The position numbers and the translations under genes are program-made. DNA of 64,000 nucleotides from Balamuthia mandrillaris. Lineage: Eukaryota. Of the stretch, positions 37,001 through 51,057 are shown one piece after another; positions within the stretch are counted from its first letter, which is position 1; every line of letters starts with the position of its first letter. A model generated the notes under the pieces. It saw only the letters and a list, made by a program, of their open reading frames with translations, ran no database searches and had not been told where the DNA came from. The stretch covers positions 1-64,000 of the forward strand of contig JAVKOQ020000078.1 in assembly GCA_031835245.2 (NCBI GenBank). The letters are read 5' to 3'.

Positions 37001-37224
37001 GTCGGGGCGAGAGGAGGAAATGGCGTGAACGACGTAGTAGCGCCAGAGCGAAAGGTCCAGCTTCTTTACGCTAGGGAGCAACGACACGTCCAGACGGGAG
37101 AAGAAGCGGTTGTGGAGGTAGCCCCAAAGTTCCAGGAGGGGCTCCAGCGAGAACGAGTGGATGTAACCAAAGATCGTGTCCACTAATTTTGATACCTGAT
37201 GTTTTTCACCCATTTTTTTAAAAA

Positions 37225-37255
<31 letters not shown>

Positions 37256-37439
37256 TGTTGAAAGAAACAGATCAAGAAAAAAAAAAGTAGAGGTATTTAA
37301 ATACATTAAAGCTGTGCATTTTGTCGCCCTTGGCGTCGCTTTCAAAGTGATGCAACGCCTTGGCAAATCCTCGGAAGAGGAGATACTCTCGCACCAAGTC
37401 ATCAACGTAGGGAAGCGCATTGCGCACCGCGAAACTCAT
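34059..37439 (-). CDS. WDR91: WD-repeat protein WDR91 (multi-exon)
   Basis: VDDLVREYLLFRGF, LWGYLHNRFFSRL, LWRYYVVHAI, LPYMKNP...LHNFLS..F; C-terminal WD40 repeats (GHAAPVSRCRFS, GHGKAVMTVDW). Confidence 0.9.
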
Positions 37440-37932
37440 CCCTCTCTGCAAGGAAGCCACCCCTCTCTGTTCCCTTCTCTCTATTTTTTTTTTTCCTCTC
37501 GGCAGGCGAGGTCAAATCGACCTCTAAATGACTTACAAATGTGCACCTCAGGAAATCTTTATAATTCATATTATGTTGAACTGTTGATCATAATAGTTTC
37601 GACCAACTGGAGCTCAGAATGAGAAACATTTGTGCAGCACGTTCCAGGAATGCATTGCAGACCTATGATGTTGTTCTGTGTGGCATAATAGGAGTTTGAA
37701 AAAAGGCAATAAGTAAGAAAGGAACCCCCAAACAAACGGAGAAAGAAAGAAAAATCGCTTCAAGCGAGAAGGAAGGTCATTGACACGGTCAACTAAGCCT
37801 TCTTCCTTTTCTTGGTCGTTCTTTCTTCATTTTTTTTTTTGTCCTTGTGTAACGTAACTACTGCACACTTCCCGAAAAGCAGAACCTCAACAAACACACC
37901 ATCTCAAAAAAAAAAAGATTAACAAACGTCGA

Positions 37933-40900
37933 ATGTCTTCTTCCCCTCAAGTAGCCGCACGAAACAACACCCTTTCTTCTTCTTCTTCTTTTTCTTCTTC
38001 TTCTTCTTCTTGTTCTTCTTCTTCTTCTTCTTCTTTTTCTTCTTCTTCTTCGTCTTCTTCTTCTCCTCCTCCTCCCACTTCCACGACAGCAACAACAACA
38101 AATCTGTCTCAGAGCAACAAATCTGCCAGCGCCAGCAACAACGTCTCTCCCCTGCAGAAGTACGCCGCCAGCAAGCTTCCCCCAGGCGAGCGCTTCGTGG
38201 TGGCCCTCGGCGGGGAGAGCAAGACCGCTCTGGCCCTCCTCTCGGCCTTCCTGCAGAAGCAGGTGACCTACTCCGCGGGGCGAAAGGTGGAGACGGAGCG
38301 GTTCACCTCCTTGTTGCCCCCTCCTTCCTCTCCTTCTCCATTTGTTTCCACCTCTACCACTTCTTCTGCCTCTACTCCCTTTTCTTCTTCTCCTTCTACC
38401 TCTTCTCCTGCTTCTTCCGGCATGATGGAACAGCTTCAGCAGCACATCCACAACAAGATTGAGCACAACAACATGGCGGAGGTGGACTATGTCTGGCGAA
38501 AGGGGCATGACCAGCTGTTGAAGATGTATGGGCGTAGAGGGACGACCACCACGCGTACGGATGCCGCGCCACAAAAGAAAGTGGACGTCATTTGGTACTG
38601 CCTTTCCGCCAAAAGTTTTTCTGCTTTACCCTCTTCTTCTTCGTCGATAGGAGAGCAAGAAGCAGAAATAGAAGGCGGCGAAGTGGATGGAGCGATGGAC
38701 CGCGAGAAGGAGAAAAGGGAAGACAGTGAGGAGGAAGACGCGGCTCTCGATCATGATGACGACGACGAGAACAAGAAGATGAAGAGGGACCTGGAAGAGA
38801 GAGTGGAGTTCTTGCAAGAGCTCAGCAAGGAAGTGCCTGTCATTGTCGTTCATACCATTCTCTCTCCGTTCATCGAAGACAGCACCGTCTTGACAACGAA
38901 CAGGAGCAACAATAGCATCGCTCACGCAAAGGAATGGTTGTTTGAGCTGAGAGAGAGTTGCCCTGCGCTGAAGGAAGTGCTGTCGGTGGATTTGGGAGCA
39001 GCTGAGGAGTGGCGAACGGCGCAACAGTTGGAGGCATTGGCCAAGGCCACCGTGCAGTCCTTTAGCCATCATCGCAAGGTCATGCTGAAGAAAAACCCAG
39101 AGACGTGGTACGAAGGAGATACCATACGTGGCTACATTTATGGAATGGGCAAAGAACTTACCAAGCGAGATGATCTGTACATAGGTTAGTTCGTGCTACT
39201 TATTCTTGTTCTTCTATTCGTTTGGAACTCGTTATTCAAACTCTTAAAACAGGAGAATGGGTGGACGGAGAAAAGCACGGAGTTGGCACACAACGATACT
39301 GGAACAAAGACAAATACGAAGGAGGATGGGCCAAAGGAAAGCGACACGGAGAAGGCAGATATGTATGGGAGAATGGCGATGTGTTTGATGGCCACTGGGA
39401 AAACGACAAACGGGAGGGTACTGGCAGCATGGTGTGGAAGAGTAAGAAGAAAGGAAAGCTTGAAGCTCTTTGGCAAGATGACTTACCAGGTACCTTTCCT
39501 TGGTTCTCTTCTCTTGTTTTTTCCCTGGTTAACTATTTTTTTGTTGTTGTTGTTGCTGTACTTGTAGGGGGAGTTGGCATTTATACTTCAGAAGAAGGAG
39601 ACAAATATATAGGAACATTTGATGTCATACCCATCAGCTCCTATTCTCCGGTTTCTTCCTTTCATATTCAGAAGCACGGACAAGTACCGTATAACCCTTG
39701 CCATTTCTGCTACTTGATCGTTTATATTCACAAACTCGCCAAATGCACAAACAGGGAGAATTGCACTGCTCGGATGGATCTCGTTATCTTGGAACGTTCA
39801 ACAAGGATCAGGTCTTTATTTTATAACTGTGACAATTTCTTGCTCTTCCCTGCAACTCATTCTCTTCTTCCCTTACAACAGAGAAATGGCTACGGAGTGT
39901 TTCTCTTTCCTAACGGCGATAAGTATTATGGCTCATGGAAAGATAACAAGGTATTTCTCTTTATAATTAAAGTTGCCTGACGTGAACGAAAATATCAACT
40001 CACCGAATGAATTATGAAGCGGCATGGAAGAGGGCTATTGCTTTTCAGTGATGGTACCTTTTACGACGGCGGATGGTGGAATGACCTAAAGGAAGGAGAA
40101 GGCAAGCTGCAATTTGCCAATGGAGATAGCTTGATTGGTTACTGGAAAGGCGACAACCTCACGAAAGCTAGTTTTAAAAAGGGAGATCCATCCATGTCCT
40201 CTCGGTACATTTTTTTAAAAAAATTGTTTCTTATTTTTGTTTGTTTTTTGACCATGCTGTTCCAACTTATTCTCTTACACACACACATTTTAAAACGAAG
40301 GGGAGCACAACGATTGATGAACACAACTCTCTCTGATTCTATTCATGCACTCTCTGGCACACCAATGATGGATGCCAACAAGTGGAGTGGCATTGGTGGT
40401 AGCCTTTCGGCTGTCAAGTTATCACTCCAAGATCTTCCCACTTATTTAAGGTGCCAACCAAGCTTTAAGAATTTCTTGTTTCTTTTGTCTAACCTAATAA
40501 TTCTGCAGTTCAAGTAGTAATCCAGTGGGAGAGCGTGTATATCACTTTAGCATCACCTTCCACAGCATGTATTCTCTATCCTCTTCCAACACCACCAAAG
40601 TGGATCGCCTCCTTCCCAATGCCATAGACGATATAATCTCATTTATCAGTAATATACCTCTTCTTTCATTTTTAACCATCTCCATCTTTCTTTCTCACTC
40701 TTTGCAAACTCTTTTTGAAAACAGCGTTTACACACCAAGAGTTGGTCAACGGAGTAAATTGGGAGGTAGAGCCCTTACCGTCTGCCGACCCAGCTGCCAA
40801 TAACGCCCATTTGAACAAGCTGGTGCTTATTCACCTCAAAGACATCGTGTTTCAAAAAGTATATTCTACCTTGTTCACGCTCTATCAAGATAAGGTTCGT

Positions 40901-41554
40901 GGTTCTCCTTGGAGTTATGCATCTTGTTCTTTATTTTTTTCTCTCTCCCCTAACGATTTATTTTCTTGTAAAGAATAAACTTAGAGATGGAAGTTTTCAC
41001 GCAAAGATGTTATCACTGAAAGATGTTACATTAGAAGATTTGGGAGTAAACACTTCAGCGGATCACAGCAATATGGATGAGACACGTTTGCTCACCGGTC
41101 TCAATGCTGCGGTGCAACGTCTAAAAAACTTGGAAAAGGAAAAAACCGTACGAGGGAAGCTGGCATGTCTTGTAGCTACTTCCAAAGAGATAATTAAAGC
41201 TTGCAATGCCTCTTCTTCCACGACAACTAGCGCAGCAACCTCATCGGATGATGACGACGAAGCAGAACTGAATAGAAAGCGTACAAGAGCAATGGATTCA
41301 TTGGATATTGACAGAAACAGCGACGAAGAAGAAACACAACCAAATATGTACACCTTTCCTTCCCTCCCTCTCCCTCTCTCTCTTATTTTGTGTTTGATCA
41401 CTTACAAGTTTCGTTTGGTAACAATTAGAGGAGCGGAAGAGAAGTTCCCAATGTTTGTGTGGGTGGTGCTAAAAGCCAACATTGGTGATTTATGTTGCCA
41501 TCACGACTTCTTGACAGACTTCATGCCTAAACAGACTTTAACAAAATCAGGTAC

Positions 41555-41592
<38 letters not shown>

Positions 41593-42336
41593 CATTGCCA
41601 TTCCTGTTTCTCAACTTCCTTCTCCTCTTTTTTCCTCCTCTTTGTTACAGAGATAGGCTATAGAGTGGCAGAGCTAAAAGCAGCCATTGAATACTGCTTC
41701 CAGCTTGACACCAACATTTGCAATGAGAAAGGCACGTTGATCCCGTACATCACCCTTGAGAGCAGCGTGAAAAACGCTCTCAACACCGCCACCAAACGCT
41801 TTGTACAGAGTCTCAATGATGAAAGCAAGCAAAACAACAGCAACGACACCAGCAGCACGGATTTTCATCATTCTTCTTCTCCTTCCACCATCACCGCTTA
41901 TTCTTCTGCTTCGTTCCTTTCGTCGCTACCATTCCGAAGTCCATTCAACAACACTACTTCTTCTTCATCCTCATCCTCATCATCTTCTACCGTGCCACTT
42001 CGCATTGGTTTCTTGGTTGACATTCTTAGAGAGATAAGCCAAAGACAGAGAAAGCGGTACGAGAGCTATCCATTACTGCAGGAAGATGTGCTCGTGTTGG
42101 AGGTTCACAAGCAGATTATGGATGACCTCCTGGCCAGCATGGGACTAAAGCTCATCAGCTATAGCGTTTCTGAGGAGCGTGAAGGTGATGACAAAGGAAA
42201 GAAAGAGGAGGAGAACGTTAAGTCAAAGAAGACCACGACAGCAGCGATGGGACTTGGCTTTGAGGTGAAGTATCCAATGTGGGTCTATGCCAACTTTGCC
42301 AACATTGTAGCCCAGTTTGTGCACGCCAACACTTAA
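37933..42336 (+). CDS. MORN-repeat and VPS9-domain protein (alsin-like Rab5 GEF) with degenerate N-terminal GTPase-like domain
   Basis: MORN units (GEWVDGEKHGVG, YEGGWAKGKRHGEG, YYGSWKDNK|RHGRG); VPS9 motifs KLACLV...GAEEKFPMFVWVVLKANI...ELKAAI. Confidence 0.8.
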
Positions 42337-42635
42337 AAACCAAACCAACCTCCTCACCCTCTCTGGAGAGTCTTTTGGCATCTTTTTTTTTCAAAAATTT
42401 GAGAGGAATAAACCTCAAGCCTGCAAAAGATCCCCTGTGCTCTCTCTTCTCTCACTTCTCTCACTTCTCTCTCTCTCTCTCTCTCTGGTAGTTGCAACGT
42501 GGCACCGCCACCTGCAACACTCTTTTGTGTTAATTTTTTTTTTTGTTTTTGGTGTAACCCCAAAAAGAGGCCTCTCTGAAGAAGAGGTGCGGGGAGCATA
42601 ACCAGCCGTTGAGCAGGGGGAAACGTTGCAACGAA

Positions 42636-44216
42636 ATGAAGAGGTGGTGGTTCGTGACGGCAGTGGTGGTCCTGTCCATCCTCGTGGCCTCCATTCCGAG
42701 CGCGTTGCTTGTTCAAGGCAGCGTTGCCGCCACCGCCGCTGCAGTAACGCCAGCGCGCGAGGAGGCCTTCTACCCTGACAAGCCCCTCACCCATTTTGCC
42801 TTTGGCTCCTGCAACAAGGATGACCGACCGCAACCCCTGTGGAAGCCCATCCTCGACTACCAGCCGGACCTTTGGTTGTGGTTGGGCGACATAATCTACT
42901 CCGACAGGCCCTTCTGGCCGCTGCTGCTTTGGCGACCTGGCAGCGAGCACTCCGTCAAAGCGCAGTACCAGCGACAGAAGGATCAGCCCGACTACGCGAA
43001 GCTGCGCAACACAACTTCCATCCTCGGCATCTGGGTAAAAATCCACTCGAACACCTTTTCATAGAAATCGAGCTTTATGTTGATGATGATCTTTGTTTTT
43101 TCCCCTTTGAAGGACGATCATGACTTTGGCATCAACAACGGAGGCAAAGAGTTCGAGCGACGAAGGGAGAGCCAGCGATGGCTGCTCGAGTTCCTGGATG
43201 AACGGCCCGACAGTCCTCGTTGGCACCGCGAGGGCCTCTACGCCAGCTACACCTTTGGTCCCAAGGGCAAACGCGCCAAGTTGATCCTCCTCGACACTCG
43301 CTACTTTCGTGATCCGCCCCCTCTCCCTCATGAATACGAGGAGGGGCTCGATCACAGCAGCGGCGAATCCCAAAAGGACATGTTGGGCGAGGAGCAGTGG
43401 CGTTGGTTGGAGAGGGAGGTGATCTACCCTGAAGAGGAGGAAGAGGAAGCGCCGCAGGTGCTCATCCTTGCATCGGGGGTGCAGGTCCTGCCCGTGGACA
43501 AGACGGCCACAGAGAGCTGGGGCAACTATCCAACCAGTCGACGGAGGCTGCTCCGGTTGCTTCGCGCCAGGTCCACAACGGCCAAGCGAGGAGGGGCCAT
43601 TCTCCTGCTCAGCGGCGATGTGCATTATGCCGAAATGTTTCGTACTCGCTTTCCTTCGTCCTTTGCAACGAAGAACGAGAATGAAGGAGAAGACCAGTAT
43701 ACTGCTTCGTTGTTACCGCAGATCTACGAAGTGACCAGCAGCGGGATGACTCACTGCTGCGCCACGCAGATACCTTTTGGCATGTGCAGGCGGCTGCTGG
43801 AGGGCGCATCGCGCAGCGAGTGGCAGATATCTGACTTTTACGAGCATCGCAACTGGGGTGCCGTGGAGATTGACTGGGAGAGCGTTCCGCCAGTGGTTCG
43901 CATGCAAGTCCGAACGGAGCATGGTACGGTGGCTTTGGAACATGTCATTCCGTTTGGAGAAGCAGAAGGTGAAGAGGCAGAAAGCAGAAGGCGAGCATTG
44001 GTGAAAGCAGAAGAAGAGGAAGAAGAAGGAGAAAGAGAGGTACCGGCCTGGAGGCGCTGGCATCAGGACATTTGGTTGGACTATATTCGTTGGGGGTTGA
44101 TTGCGCTTTTCTTGGCAATAGCGACGGCTGCTTGTTGGGTCTTGTGGAAGTTGTTCGGCGTAGTCAGAAGAACGAAGAAGGTCGCCCTTACCTCTACAAA
44201 GAAGAAAGTGCAGTGA
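42636..44216 (+). CDS. PhoD-family alkaline phosphatase with signal peptide and C-terminal TM helix
   Basis: FAFGSCN, WLWLGDIIYSD, GIW|DDHDFG, LLDTRYFR, MLGEEQWRWL, LSGDVHYAE, EVTSSG. Confidence 0.93.
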
Positions 44217-44295
44217 GAGCCAGTTTGTACAGAAATAACACAAAACGTATAAACATCTATTTAACAACAGAGAAGAAGAAGGGGAACATATGCAT

Positions 44296-45944
44296 TTAGC
44301 GTTGCTGCAAGAAGCGCTTGTGAATGGAGCGAATGGCGGAGACGCGCCCTCCACGCATCAAGCTGTTCAAGTAGAGTAACCCAGTTATCGCTCCACCCAA
44401 ATGTCCTACGTTAAACCATTAAACAAAATAAGTGAAGATATTTAAAATAGAAGAAGAGGGAAAGGAAACTTAAGGCACAAACCTGCATGACCGACGGTGT
44501 CAGCAGGGTTGGTCAGACCCAACAGGTCTTGCAAGAAGAACAAGCCAACAACGAAAGGTATAGGCATAAAAAACCCTCGGAAGTAAATCCTGTCTTGCGG
44601 AAAGAGGCGAGCACAAGCAACCGCTATGGCCATCACACTTCCGCTTGCTCCTGTTTTTCGTTTTATGAGACAGAGCCCTACGAAAGAAGAAGGCGCAGGA
44701 GGTATGCATTACCCAAGGCGGGTGGATCCTTTCTGTACACGGGATTGTATAGGAGCTCGTGTTGCACTTTCACCAGGTTCTCGGGCATCTGCTCTTCCAT
44801 TTCGTGCAACAATTGAGGATCAGGAAGTGGCCTTAGCTCGCCTGACTTAAACCCCAACTACAAGTGTGCCAACGCGACAATGAGGAGATGAAGCATAATA
44901 GTTGGCAAGAAAAAAGCTTACCATGCTGAACAAGAGGTGACCAAGGCTGCAACCGATCCCGCCGATGAGATACAATCCCAGAAAAGGCCGAAGCCCAAGG
45001 GCTTTGTACGTCTTGTGCCCAAACAAAACCAAGGAGAGCATGTTGCCCATAAAATGGGCAGCATCTGTCGTGAAGTAGAGAGGAGAGCTTCAGTTTTAGA
45101 CGTTTTTTCCACTGTTGATGAAACCTGAGCGAGTGAAGGTACCGAAATGGCTGAAGGAGGGAGTGACCAAGTCCCATAGGCGACCTTGCTTCAAGTGATA
45201 CCAATTCACTGTCCAGTTACGTAACATGAACTGGGGATCTGCGTAGTGAAGCACTAAGATGAGGTGCTCAACGGAAACTACAAAAGTAAAACACGGACCA
45301 TAGGTTTGCCACATTAAGAAGACAAGAGCGTTGACACCCACAAGCCCACTCATCACTGCTGTGTGGTGCCTTCCTTCCGTTCCTGGACCACGAACGGGAA
45401 TAACCTATGTGCAGCAATATTCAGTGGGACACGCATTGCAAACACCGGAGAAGGAGAGAAGAGAAGAGAACGACGAAGACAACAACGAAGAGAAGAGAAG
45501 CGAACGATGTAGAGAAGAGAGAGGTTCTACTTCATTGTAGTTGATGTAAAAGGGCTTGTGTCGTTTGTGGTGAACAGGGCGCACAGCCGTCCTGGCAAAG
45601 AGCGGTGTTCTGGAGGACTTTGATGAAGCAGTAGGGGCAGACCCTGATCGACCATGCCAAAGGGAAGCCCTTCCTTGCGAGTACGCCCGCGCCCCGCCGC
45701 TTCCCACCACCAAAAGAGCCGCACGTCCACCGCTCCATGCCGTTCGAGTGGTTCTGTTCCGTTGTTGCAACGACAACAACGAAGGTAACCCGCTGCCACC
45801 GCTGCCACCGCTGCCACCGCTGCCACCGCTGCCACCACCTAGTCTGGTAGCGATGGAGCTGAGAGCTGCAGAGCCTGTTCTACTGCTACTGCTACTACTG
45901 CCCCCACTGCTGCTACCTCGACGTAGTGCTGTGCTCCACATCAT
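44296..45944 (-). CDS. PARL-like mitochondrial rhomboid protease (multi-exon)
   Basis: Presequence; NALVFLMWQ, GRLWDLVTPSFSH, NMLSL, catalytic GASG, VGHA|GHLGGA. Confidence 0.9.
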
Positions 45945-46332
45945 CACGCTCAGCGGGATAGCTGGGGTGGGGTGGGGTGGGGTGGGAAAAACGAAAACAC
46001 GTCCCAACCAAGGGGACGACCTTTTTAAGGAAAAAATTGGAAATGCGGCTGAAATTTGGCGGAGAAAAGTTTAACGATTTGAAATTTTATTGGGTGTTTG
46101 TTTTTTTCCTTGATCAAAGTGGAACGATCGGACGGAGCGCAAAAAGAAAAGAAAGCAAAAACCGAAGGAAAAAGCGGAGAAGCTCTGCGGCGATGCCACA
46201 GAAAAGAGAACAAAGAGAAGCCCCGTCTCTCGATCGTTTGAAGGCGGGAGCTTGGACCCACCTTTCCCCCTTCCCAAGCGCATCGATTCCCAACAAAGTC
46301 AATGCCTGTCATCACAGGGTTGTAGACACATT

Positions 46333-46339
46333 TATAAAA
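46333..46339 (+). promoter_or_regulatory. Candidate TATA box upstream of the erythromycin-esterase-family gene
   Basis: TATAAAA ~135 bp upstream of the inferred ATG at 46473; position-based inference only. Confidence 0.35.
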
Positions 46340-46472
46340 GGGGGGAAGGGAGGGAGCAGGTAAGGGGCCGTTTGTGTTGCTTCACAAACCAAGCAAAACG
46401 AAGCAAAGCAGGCAAACCGCAACAGTGCAGTCGCTGAAGAAAGGTATACAATCGTTAGTCTTTCCGTCGAGC

Positions 46473-48352
46473 ATGAGGAGAGGCACCCAACCATCGTCGT
46501 CCTCGCTTCTGGGCAAAGCCGAGGCTCTGAAGAGCTTCGCCATCCCGGTTGCCCTTGAGAATGCCAGCTCTTACGACTCCTTACTCGCCGCCATTGGCGA
46601 CGCCCCCATCGTCATGATCGGTACTCGATTCGCTTTCCTCCCCCATCTTTGCTCTTTCTTCTTCTTCTTTCTTCCTTCTTCTTTCGTTTTTCTTCTTCTT
46701 CTGTTAACTCCTTCCTTCGAAACACGGTGCGTCCTCGCGCAGGAGAGGCCAGCCACGGTACCAAAGAATTCTACCACGAGAGAGCCGAGATAACCCGCCG
46801 CCTCATCCAGGAAAAGGGCTTCAACAGCGTCATCGTGGAGGCCGACTGGCCGGATGCCTACCGCGCCAATCGCTACGTCTGCGAGGCCGCCTCCACCAGA
46901 AAGGCCACGCAGGACCGCAACGCCGACGAGGCCCTCCACGACTTTACCCGCTTCCCCACCTGGATGTGGCGCAACACGGAGGTGGCGGAGTTTCTGGAAT
47001 GGCTGCGCGGGTTCAACCGCTCTATCTCCGAGCCCTATGACAAGGTCTGTATTCCTTTTATCTGTCCGTGCACCCCGCCATGGTGTCAGTGTGTGGTTTT
47101 ACTTCCTCTCGGCATGTGTGCTTACCGTTGCGTGCCTATCTGATAATCAGGTGGGCTTCTATGGAATGGACATGTACTCTTTGGTTACCTCTGCGCATGA
47201 GGTAATTAGGTACTTGGAGAAGGTGGACAGCAAGGCCGCGCTTGACGCTCGCAAGCTCTATAGCTGCTTCATGCAATACGGCGATGACACGCAGGCCTAC
47301 GGCATGTCTGCTGCGCTGGGGCTGACGAGAAGCTGCGAGGACAGCTGCATTCGGGTCCTCACCCAGTTGAAGAAGAAGGCGGATGACTACATCTCTCAAA
47401 ATGGATTCTCTGCTGAGGATGAGTTGTTTTACACCACCACTGTGCGCACTTTCTTTGTTCTCACTCTCTGCTCTGTGAACAAATAGTAACTTCTCTTTCT
47501 ATTGCCCACAATATATGCGAATGTAGAATGCCGAAGTGGTTCGCGATGCAGAGGAATACTATCGCCGTATGATGTTCGGCGGAGCAGATTCCTGGAATCT
47601 ACGAGACACCCATATGGTCAACACCATTCTCTCCCTTCACAAACACCGCAGCAAGCACGGCCGCCAGAGCAAGATCGTGGTCTGGGCTCACAACAGCCAC
47701 CTGGGAGACGCCAGGGCCACCGCCATGGGCAAACGCCGAGGCGAACATAACGTAGGCCAGCTGTTGAGACAGAGGGTGGGCATGGACAATACCTTCAACA
47801 TAGGCTTCACTACCTACACGGGCACTGTCTCGGCGGCCACCGATTGGGATGGTCCTAGAGAGACCAAGAGGGTCAACCCTGGCAGAGACGACAGCTACGA
47901 GGGCTTGTTCCATCGCTTGACCGCCTTGTTGGCCGCTCCTAACTTTATGTTCCTCTTCAACAAAATACTTCCTTCTGGTACCTATTTCTTCTCTCTTTTC
48001 CCTATTCCTCTTTCTTTCTTCATAGCTGACAACTGTTGAATTCTAAGGGGAAGCAGAACAAGGTGAGCAGTCCGGAAGAGGCCGCAAAGTCATGTTGGAG
48101 CGTCAGAAGCAGGAAGTCGACAAAGAGCTAACCAAACTGCTCGGCACTTCCATGCTGGAACGCTACATCGGGGTGATCTACCGCCCGGACACGGAGCTCA
48201 TGAGCCACTACTCCAGGTCCACTCTCTCGGAGCAGTACGACGCCGTCATTCACATCGATGAGACTTCGGCTCTGCCGCCCCTTGACCCTGTCTCGCATCT
48301 TCCGTCGGAAGAGCCGGAGAACGTTCCCGAGACCTTCCCTGAAGGTGTGTAA
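46473..48352 (+). CDS. Erythromycin esterase (EreA/EreB-like) family protein (multi-exon)
   Basis: [85 protein letters not shown]. Start inferred. Confidence 0.92.
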
Positions 48353-48562
48353 CAACAAAAAGACAAAGAGCGTTTCCTTTGCCCTACCTTCTTCTTTGCT
48401 CCGTTCTTTACTGTAAATAAAACCATTCTTTATTCTTCTCTTCTTTCATCACAGCTTTTCTTTTTGTTGTTAAAAAGTCTTTTTCCTTTTCTTTTTCGAA
48501 TTCATTTTCGTCATATTTCGTTATAGCAAGGAAGGAAGGAAGGAAGGGAGAACGAGAGAAAG

Positions 48563-48808
48563 ATGAAGAGCGCCACGCACTGCGCCGGGTGGTGCTGCCA
48601 TGCGACCAACCACAGCTTCAAGGTGCCGGGCCTGTGGCGGATGGTGGCTGGCAACCTGGCGGTGGCCATCGTCCTCGGCTTCAGCGCCGTCTATTTGGTC
48701 TACCGGCTGTACTTGGGCTACTCTTTATCACAACAGCAACGACGGCGGCAAAGCCAGCTGGTGTTACCTACGGACAAACGAAACCTTTATGGCAGCCTTC
48801 AACACGTT

Positions 48809-48853
<45 letters not shown>

Positions 48854-50997
48854 AACGAAAGGAGTTAATCCCGTTCGATGGACCGATTACAAAAAAACCA
48901 AAGCTACAAGACAATGAAACAGACGGACGAAAGTCGTTCTTGCATAAGCTTTCGATTCGAGAGACGGTAGCGGTGTTGCCCATCTACTACGTCTACAGCG
49001 TTTTGTTGTGCCTTTGGTTCCTGCTGCAAGGTTTGGTGCTGTTGCTGCCGCCCGGCGGCACCATTTCCCTCCTCGGGCATGTCTTTTACATAGGACACGC
49101 CTTCTTGGACAATGTCATCTTGGTCTACCTCATGTTCAGGCAGCCCTCCCAGCGGAAGGCCGCCTTTTGGAGCTGCATGGTTGGCGTTTTGCTTTGTGTT
49201 CTCAAAGGGGCTACGCTGGTACCTGTTTCTTTTTATTTCTTTATTTCTCTTGTTCCTCTCCCCTCTCTTCCTCTCTCTCTTCCTCTCTCTCTCTCTCTCT
49301 CTCTCTCCTCGTTTGTTATGTGTCGTGGTAATGGTTGTTCTCTACAGGTAATATATGAGTTTAGCTTCGATTGTGCCTCGTGTCCCATATTCTTTCCGGC
49401 ACCGCAGGCCTTCTTTGACTACATTGCCTTTGCGGTGGGCTACTATCTCATTCTCGTCTGCAACCTCCTTCACACCAAACTATCCTCTCCTTCTTCTTCC
49501 TCCTCCACACATTTTCTTTCTCTTTCTCCTTCTTCCATTCATCGAACTAGAAGGGAAGAACAACATCAACCACTACAAGAAAGCCGATTGGGGTGGAAAG
49601 GAGTGTTACGGCGGACGGTGTTGTGGCAAGTGAAGCCGGTTGTGGCTAGGCCTGCGTTTTTCGTATGGACGAGCTATTTGGCAGTCGTCTATACTGGCGC
49701 TTCCTTTGGTTCTGCTCTTGTCTTGTTTGGAGGCTTGGATGCTGGTTACTGGTATCCATCTTTCTTTGTTCTCTCATTTCTATCCCTTCCCTTTTGTTTT
49801 GGCCTTACTTGCGTTCTCTCTATCAACATCCAACCAGTATTATAACAGTGTTTATCTTTATATATAACATTTGTAATGCGCCGTTGCTATATCGCACGTT
49901 CCTTGCCGATACCAAGTATCTCTTGCAACACAAACTATACGACCATAGCGGTGGAGACAGAAGAGATCCCTTTGGTGAAGAAGCAGAAGCAACAGACGAC
50001 GAAGAGCAAGAAAAACATGAAAAGTCTGGTTTTTCAAGCCGTGAACTTGTGTTGGCCAAACTCCGCGAGAGTCACGACCAACAAGTTCATATCATACCTT
50101 GGAAAGACCTAGATGTAGGACAGGAGATAGCTCGCGGTGGCTATGGTCAAATTCTTACTGCCGATTATGCAGGCGTTCGTGTGGCTATTAAGGTTCCCTC
50201 TCTCTTCTCTTCTCTTTGCGAAGTATGCAGACTTGGGTCTTATTAATATTATTAGAGAATATTGGATGTTGGGTGTGAAAAGGAGGCATTTCTTAAAGAA
50301 GTGGGTGTTATGAGGTAAGATTATTCCAGCTTGTGCTCTTTTTTAAAAGATGCTGCAGTCTTGATTCTCACCTCCTTCCCTGTCTCCTCTCTCTCTCTCT
50401 CTCTCTCTCTCGAAAGTGGGTTGTCTCATCCAAACGTCTTACCGTTGGTGGGTGTCGTTGTTGAGCCTCGCTTCTACGGCATTGTTACCGTTCGTCCTCT
50501 CTCCTCTCTCCTCTCTCCCTCCTCTCTGCTAAACCTATGAACGTAGGAATTTGTGCCACGAGGAAATCTGTTCAGTCTGTTGCACAGCAAAAAGAGAGGG
50601 CTGACAGCAGAGCAGCTGCGCCAATTTGCATTGGACACAGCCACTGGCATGGAGTACCTCCACAGCTGCTCTCCTCCGATCTTACACAGGTTTTATACAT
50701 TGGCTTCCTCCGTTTATGTTCTTTTTCTTTTTTTTCTAACTTTGGATTCAGAGACCTCAAAACAATGAACTTACTTGTAGCCAGAGATTGGTCTATTAAA
50801 ATATGTGACTTGTGCGTGTTGTTTAGCACTGGGTATCATGTGAATTACTCCTACTAACTCGCCTCTTGCATATCTATTTATCAGCGGTCTTAGTCGGTTT
50901 AAAATACAAACAGAACTTATGAGCAGGATTGGCACTGTGCAGTGGGTGCGTTCTCTTCCTCCTTTCCTTTCTTCTTTGTTGTTCTTCGCTCTTGCTT

Positions 50998-51057
<60 letters not shown>

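Noticed and set aside
46193..46363. Upstream ORF MPQKREQ... as first exon of the esterase gene
   Set aside because: Splicing from the GTAAG donor to nearby AG acceptors is out of frame with the esterase, and a TATA-like box lies inside it.
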